Below, in pieces: positions 60,215-64,000 of a stretch of DNA of 64,000 bases; the stretch's first letter is position 1; every line of letters begins with the position of its first letter. A program made the position numbers and the translations under genes. Location: the IMG/VR virus record IMGVR_UViG_3300013368_000005, positions 122,591 to 186,590 of that record; one strand, written 5' to 3'. The notes under the pieces were generated by a model. The model was not told where the DNA came from, did not search any database, and saw only the letters and a program-made list of their open reading frames with translations. This DNA is from a virus. Lineage: Duplodnaviria > Caudoviricetes.

Positions 60215-60631
60215 ATGTCAATATTCGGAGGAAATGTCTACGGGACTTCAATGGAAGATGATTTAAAAAATCCAAATGAACTTTTAGAAAGTTATATCTA
60301 CGATGAAGTATCTAGATTACCTGATGATAAAAGAGAACAATTCGTTAAAGAACATGGTACTGTTATGTGTGAGGCTGGTTTAATAGGAAAGAGAACTTTA
60401 GTTAGATTAAGCAAGGGTGACGACTTAGAAAGAAGATTAGGTATGGCTGCTCTTCAAATAGCTAAAGATAATGATGATCCTCTTTTTGCTCAACTTTCTA
60501 AAATTAGAACTAGAGAAAGAGAACTATTGGAAAAAATTAATACTAAGTATATGTCTAAAGCATCTAAAGCTGCTAAGATTGGACAAAAACAATACTTAAA
60601 AACAAAAATACCTTCAGGATTTATGAGATAA
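60215..60631 (+). CDS. Hypothetical protein, probably virion head associated
   Basis: Start MSIFGG after GGAGG; own late promoter (60163) and terminator; acidic N-terminus, basic C-terminus. Confidence 0.6.
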   Translation: MSIFGGNVYGTSMEDDLKNPNELLESYIYDEVSRLPDDKREQFVKEHGTVMCEAGLIGKRTLVRLSKGDDLERRLGMAALQIAKDNDDPLFAQLSKIRTRERELLEKINTKYMSKASKAAKIGQKQYLKTKIPSGFMR

Positions 60632-60635
60632 TCCA

Positions 60636-60665
60636 AAAGAGTAATAGCAATTGCTATTACTCTTT
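60636..60665. terminator. 30-bp perfect palindrome (terminator)
   Basis: AAAGAGTAATAGCAATTGCTATTACTCTTT. Confidence 0.7.
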
Positions 60666-60677
60666 AAACTTTGTTAA

Positions 60678-60746
60678 AATTATATATTATATATGTAATA
60701 AAGAAAGGAGTTATTAGGAATTTAAATGTATTAAAACATTTAATTA
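60678..60746 (+). promoter_or_regulatory. Tandem early (60678-60691) and late (60735-60746) promoters of RNAP beta'-C
   Basis: AATTATATATTATA then AACATTTAATTA. Confidence 0.7.
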
Positions 60747-60772
60747 AATACGTAATTTAGGGAGGATTAATT

Positions 60773-62896
60773 ATGTTATATTTAGAGAATTATGGACCAT
60801 ATGCCGAATTGGTTCAAAAAAGGAGAATGGTAATAGATGTAAATTCTATTACCATTAATAACTGGCAAATGCATTTTGACTCAGTATTAAATATAATGAG
60901 AGATGCAATAGAAACAGACTTAATGAATAATGCATTTATCACTATTCAATTCGCACCTGGAATTGATTGTGAATTAACTGTACCAGATTATTGGTTTAAT
61001 ATACTAATGTGGTATTTATTAGTAAGAACTAATAAAAGAATAGAACCTAGACATATATTCTTTAATGAAAATATGACTAGAAGAGATATAAAGAATTATG
61101 TTGATGAATTCTTTATAGAAGAAAATAGAACTTCTTATGAAAATATAGAATTAAATAATATAATAGATGATTGCTTAACTGAATTTAACCGTATAGATGA
61201 ATTTGCATTCTTCTTGGCAAATACAATAAATCTTGAAGATTTTATAGACTTAATGAATAATGTCCCAAGATTTGATCAATTAATACATTCAGATTTATCA
61301 AATGTTCCATTAGATGAAGTTAAATCAGAAGGTTTAAAACTTACCGATGAAGCAATAAGTATTATAAAGAATTCAGAACACTGTCTATCAAATTTCTTTA
61401 GAGCAGGGGAAGGCGTTAACAAGAAACAGTTTAAAGAATTTGCAATAAATACGGGAACTAAACCAGATGGTAACGGCGGTGCATTCCCTGTAGTAGTAAA
61501 TACAAATTTATTAACAGGTGGAGCAAATGATACTGCTTCATTCTTAATTGAATCAGCTACAGGTAGAACAGCACAAACAATAGTTGAAGGAAACGTTGGA
61601 CCTTCAGGATATTTCGCTAGATTGTTAGGGTTAAATGCTACAGATACATTTATAAATCCTAATCCAAATTATATTTGTAATACAAAAAACTTTCAGATTA
61701 TAGAGATTAAAAACGATTTAATTTTAAATAAATTTGAAAATAGATATTATAGATTGAACCCTAATGGAGTTGAATATAAACTTACTAAAAAAGATAGACA
61801 TTTAATAGGAAAAACACTATATTTCCGTTCACCTATGACATGTGCATCAATGGCTGAAGGTCATGGAATATGCTACAGATGTTATGGGGATTTAGCTCAC
61901 ACTAATAAAGACATTGCTATAGGAAAGATGTCTTCAGAGATACTAGCATCTGTATTTACTCAGATGATGTTATCCGCTAAACACTTATTAGAATCTTCTA
62001 TTAAATCAATGACATGGAATAAAGAATTCGGAGATTTATTTGAAGTTGAATTTAACTTTGTAAAATTAAATAGCGATTTTGATTTTTCTGGATATAAAAT
62101 ATTAATGGATGCTGATAGTATAACTCCAGATAGCGAAGATGAAGATCAATTACAATGTGATTTTAATGAACATGTAACTTCATTTGATGTATTATTTCCT
62201 AATGGTGTAATAGTAAATATGCATACTGCTGAATTAGATTTAATATATTTAACACCAGAAATTACAGAATATATTAGAGAAACAGCAACTAAATTAGATG
62301 GAAAAATAACTATAGATCTAGGAAAATTATCAGAGTTTGATGTTCCGTTATTCGCATTAAAGATTCAAAATGATGATATGTCAAAAGCACTTGAAAGGGT
62401 TAAAAATAAATTTGATAAAGTTGATACTATAAAGCAAGAAGATAGAAATTCATTATTGCAATCATTAATGGAAGTAGTAATAGATATAGGTTTAGATATA
62501 TTATCTGTACATTGTGAAGTATTATTAGCAATGCAGTTGAGAAATGTTGATGATATATTAGATTTACCACAATGGCAATATCCAGATGAACCTTATAAAA
62601 TGTTGACATTAAGGCAATCTCTTGATAAACATCCATCGGTTACTATATCTTTAAGTTTTGAGAAAATAGGAAAATTATTATACAACCCATTAACATTCAG
62701 AAAGAATAAAGCATCATTTATGGATTTATTCTTCATGGAACAACCTCAAATGTATTTAGCTAATAAAGCAGAGATTCAGAAATCTAAAGCAGATGATTTT
62801 GGAATGAAGAAAATGATTTATTTTAAAGAACCAGAAGAATTAAACACTGTAGATATAGATGATTTGGATGATTTAGATATAGTAGAAGAAATATAA
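60773..62896 (+). CDS. rpoC: Non-virion RNA polymerase beta' subunit, C-terminal half
   Basis: Bridge helix GRTAQ...SGYFARLL, Zn site RSPMTC...ICYRCYG, trigger loop TQMMLSAKH, VHCEVLL, SLSFE. Confidence 0.92.
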   Translation: MLYLENYGPYAELVQKRRMVIDVNSITINNWQMHFDSVLNIMRDAIETDLMNNAFITIQFAPGIDCELTVPDYWFNILMWYLLVRTNKRIEPRHIFFNENMTRRDIKNYVDEFFIEENRTSYENIELNNIIDDCLTEFNRIDEFAFFLANTINLEDFIDLMNNVPRFDQLIHSDLSNVPLDEVKSEGLKLTDEAISIIKNSEHCLSNFFRAGEGVNKKQFKEFAINTGTKPDGNGGAFPVVVNTNLLTGGANDTASFLIESATGRTAQTIVEGNVGPSGYFARLLGLNATDTFINPNPNYICNTKNFQIIEIKNDLILNKFENRYYRLNPNGVEYKLTKKDRHLIGKTLYFRSPMTCASMAEGHGICYRCYGDLAHTNKDIAIGKMSSEILASVFTQMMLSAKHLLESSIKSMTWNKEFGDLFEVEFNFVKLNSDFDFSGYKILMDADSITPDSEDEDQLQCDFNEHVTSFDVLFPNGVIVNMHTAELDLIYLTPEITEYIRETATKLDGKITIDLGKLSEFDVPLFALKIQNDDMSKALERVKNKFDKVDTIKQEDRNSLLQSLMEVVIDIGLDILSVHCEVLLAMQLRNVDDILDLPQWQYPDEPYKMLTLRQSLDKHPSVTISLSFEKIGKLLYNPLTFRKNKASFMDLFFMEQPQMYLANKAEIQKSKADDFGMKKMIYFKEPEELNTVDIDDLDDLDIVEEI

Positions 62897-62903
62897 TAAG
62901 AGA

Positions 62904-62940
62904 AAAAGAGTAGAGGATATACCTCTACTCTTTTATTTTT
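62904..62940. terminator. Bidirectional terminator
   Basis: AAAAGAGTAGAGG / CCTCTACTCTTTT. Confidence 0.75.
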
Positions 62941-63373
62941 TTCTTCTTTTATTTTTATAATTCTTTTCTAAATCTAACCATTCATATATAGTTTCTAATT
63001 TAGCTTTAACACCTGGATTTTTATTAACCTTTTCCTCTTCTAATAATTTTCTAAGATTTACCATCATGCTTTCAAACATAATATCTATATCTTCAATTAC
63101 ATCTTCTGAAGAGTAATCATCGGTTCCTTTAAGAATTTTAAATTCACCTTCATCTGTTTTTAATATGTCATAGGCTTCCATTAAGTCTAATGGCTGTTCA
63201 TCGTATGTTAAACCTATTTCAGCAATAACATCTACATATGAATCTAATTGATCATAGTATTTTGATGTCAATTCATGATATATTTCAAAATCATGCCCCT
63301 TTATTTTCCAATGTAAGATTTTAAAATTATGACTATAATAAATAAATATAGCCATCATTTTCTTAAAATTCAT
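62933..63373 (-). CDS. dps: Dps/ferritin-like protein
   Basis: HWKIKGHDFEIYHELTSKYYDQLDSYVDVIAE matches the Dps signature HWxxxG..F...H.......D..AE. Confidence 0.8.
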   Translation of the reverse strand: MNFKKMMAIFIYYSHNFKILHWKIKGHDFEIYHELTSKYYDQLDSYVDVIAEIGLTYDEQPLDLMEAYDILKTDEGEFKILKGTDDYSSEDVIEDIDIMFESMMVNLRKLLEEEKVNKNPGVKAKLETIYEWLDLEKNYKNKRRKK

Positions 63374-63438
63374 TATTAATTCCTCCTTTATATTCTATAT
63401 TATTAATATGTTTATATTTTGAAAAAGTTATTAATAAT

Positions 63439-63452
63439 AATTATATATTATA
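63439..63452 (+). promoter_or_regulatory. Early-type promoter AATTATATATTATA
   Basis: Exact 14-mer. Confidence 0.7.
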
Positions 63453-63476
63453 TAAATAGTCGGGGGTGAAGAAATT

Positions 63477-63842
63477 ATGAAAAGAAAGAAAAATGCTGTT
63501 ATAAGAATTTGTAAAAGAGGTCAAACTGAAAGGAGGTTCAATACAAATATAAATGGAGACTTCTATACTTGTAATAAAACATACAGAGAAAGTCTAAATT
63601 TTATTTTATTATGGGAACCTAGTGAAAGATTAAAAATCTGGGTTAACAAATTCTGTAAGGATTATGCTTTAATTTTAAAGCATGAAAATGTTGAAGTAAA
63701 ATTTAACTACCCGAGAGACTTTGAAGATTTAGCAGCATACATTCTAGACAAGATATCATACAACGGTGCCAACCGAGATGTGATATTAAATTCTAATAAT
63801 TATAAATTATTAGAGAGATTGTTAGAATTGAATAATTTCTAG
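63477..63842 (+). CDS. Early hypothetical protein
   Basis: SD GGGGGTG; early promoter. Confidence 0.65.
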   Translation: MKRKKNAVIRICKRGQTERRFNTNINGDFYTCNKTYRESLNFILLWEPSERLKIWVNKFCKDYALILKHENVEVKFNYPRDFEDLAAYILDKISYNGANRDVILNSNNYKLLERLLELNNF

Positions 63843-63904
63843 TAGTTAAGCAGATTTACGGTATTACGTATCTAGCTTTTAAACATAAGAGGGGAGGAAT
63901 AAAT

Positions 63905-64000
63905 ATGTCAAATTTAGTTTCATCAAAAGCCCTACATATTTTGACAAATTTAATTACATGTTGGAGTGTTTTTATGAATTCCAAAAATATGTCGGGAATC
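63905..64000 (+). CDS. Partial hypothetical gene running off the right edge
   Basis: SD GGGGAGG then ATG; MSNLVSSKALHI... open to the edge. Confidence 0.5.
   Translation, partial: MSNLVSSKALHILTNLITCWSVFMNSKNMSGI

Noticed and set aside
6999-62896. Introns or inteins in RNAP, terminase, polymerase or RNR (frequent in AR9-like phages)
   Set aside because: The ORFs are continuous, and no homing-endonuclease or intein terminal motifs were seen.
1-64000. Short antisense or overlapping ORFs in the track (e.g. 202, 1949, 6926, 7304, 17287, 18030, 26776, 31699, 36486, 43154, 57208, 59640, 62427)
   Set aside because: They lie within well-supported genes, lack SD sites and look like shadow frames.
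1-64000. CRISPR array, tRNA or rRNA
   Set aside because: No regularly spaced repeats or cloverleaf signatures were seen by eye; tRNAscan was not run.
1-64000. Stop-codon reassignment
   Set aside because: Long genes are intact under the standard code, and TAA and TAG end genes at sensible positions.
1-64000. Chimallin (phage nuclear shell) gene
   Set aside because: No unassigned ORF of about 600 aa that I can recognise as chimallin. It could lie outside the window, so a nucleus is not claimed.

Overview
This is a very AT-rich, densely coded segment of a jumbo myophage of the phiKZ/AR9(PBS1)-related group. The host is probably clostridial or another Firmicute, inferred from strong SD sites and a Clostridium-type amidase and holin. 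The window encodes pieces of both multisubunit phage RNA polymerases: non-virion beta-N, beta-C and beta'-C, and small virion-type beta-C and beta'-C fragments. It also carries a family-B DNA polymerase split into two genes 32 kb apart, an NAD ligase, RecA/UvsX, SbcC, an FtsZ/tubulin GTPase, class II RNR, terminase, portal, tail sheath and tube, holin and endolysin, a tail-fibre/RBP cluster and a Dps-like protein. Two promoter classes are readable: AATTATATATTATA (early type, 9 copies) and AACA-N6-TA (the AR9 late consensus, 22 copies upstream of genes). The most notable observation is a short peptide motif, [KPS]-[ML]-[VI]-x-F, added as tails or inserts to most DNA and RNA enzymes and to several unknown proteins but not seen in the virion core proteins. 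It is a candidate docking or targeting code, and a possible sliding-clamp partner lies next to the polymerase. Other highlights are a duplicated, promoter-headed structured non-coding element and a nuclease-less terminase-ATPase paralogue with a broken Walker B. All family calls come from motif recognition by eye; no searches were run.
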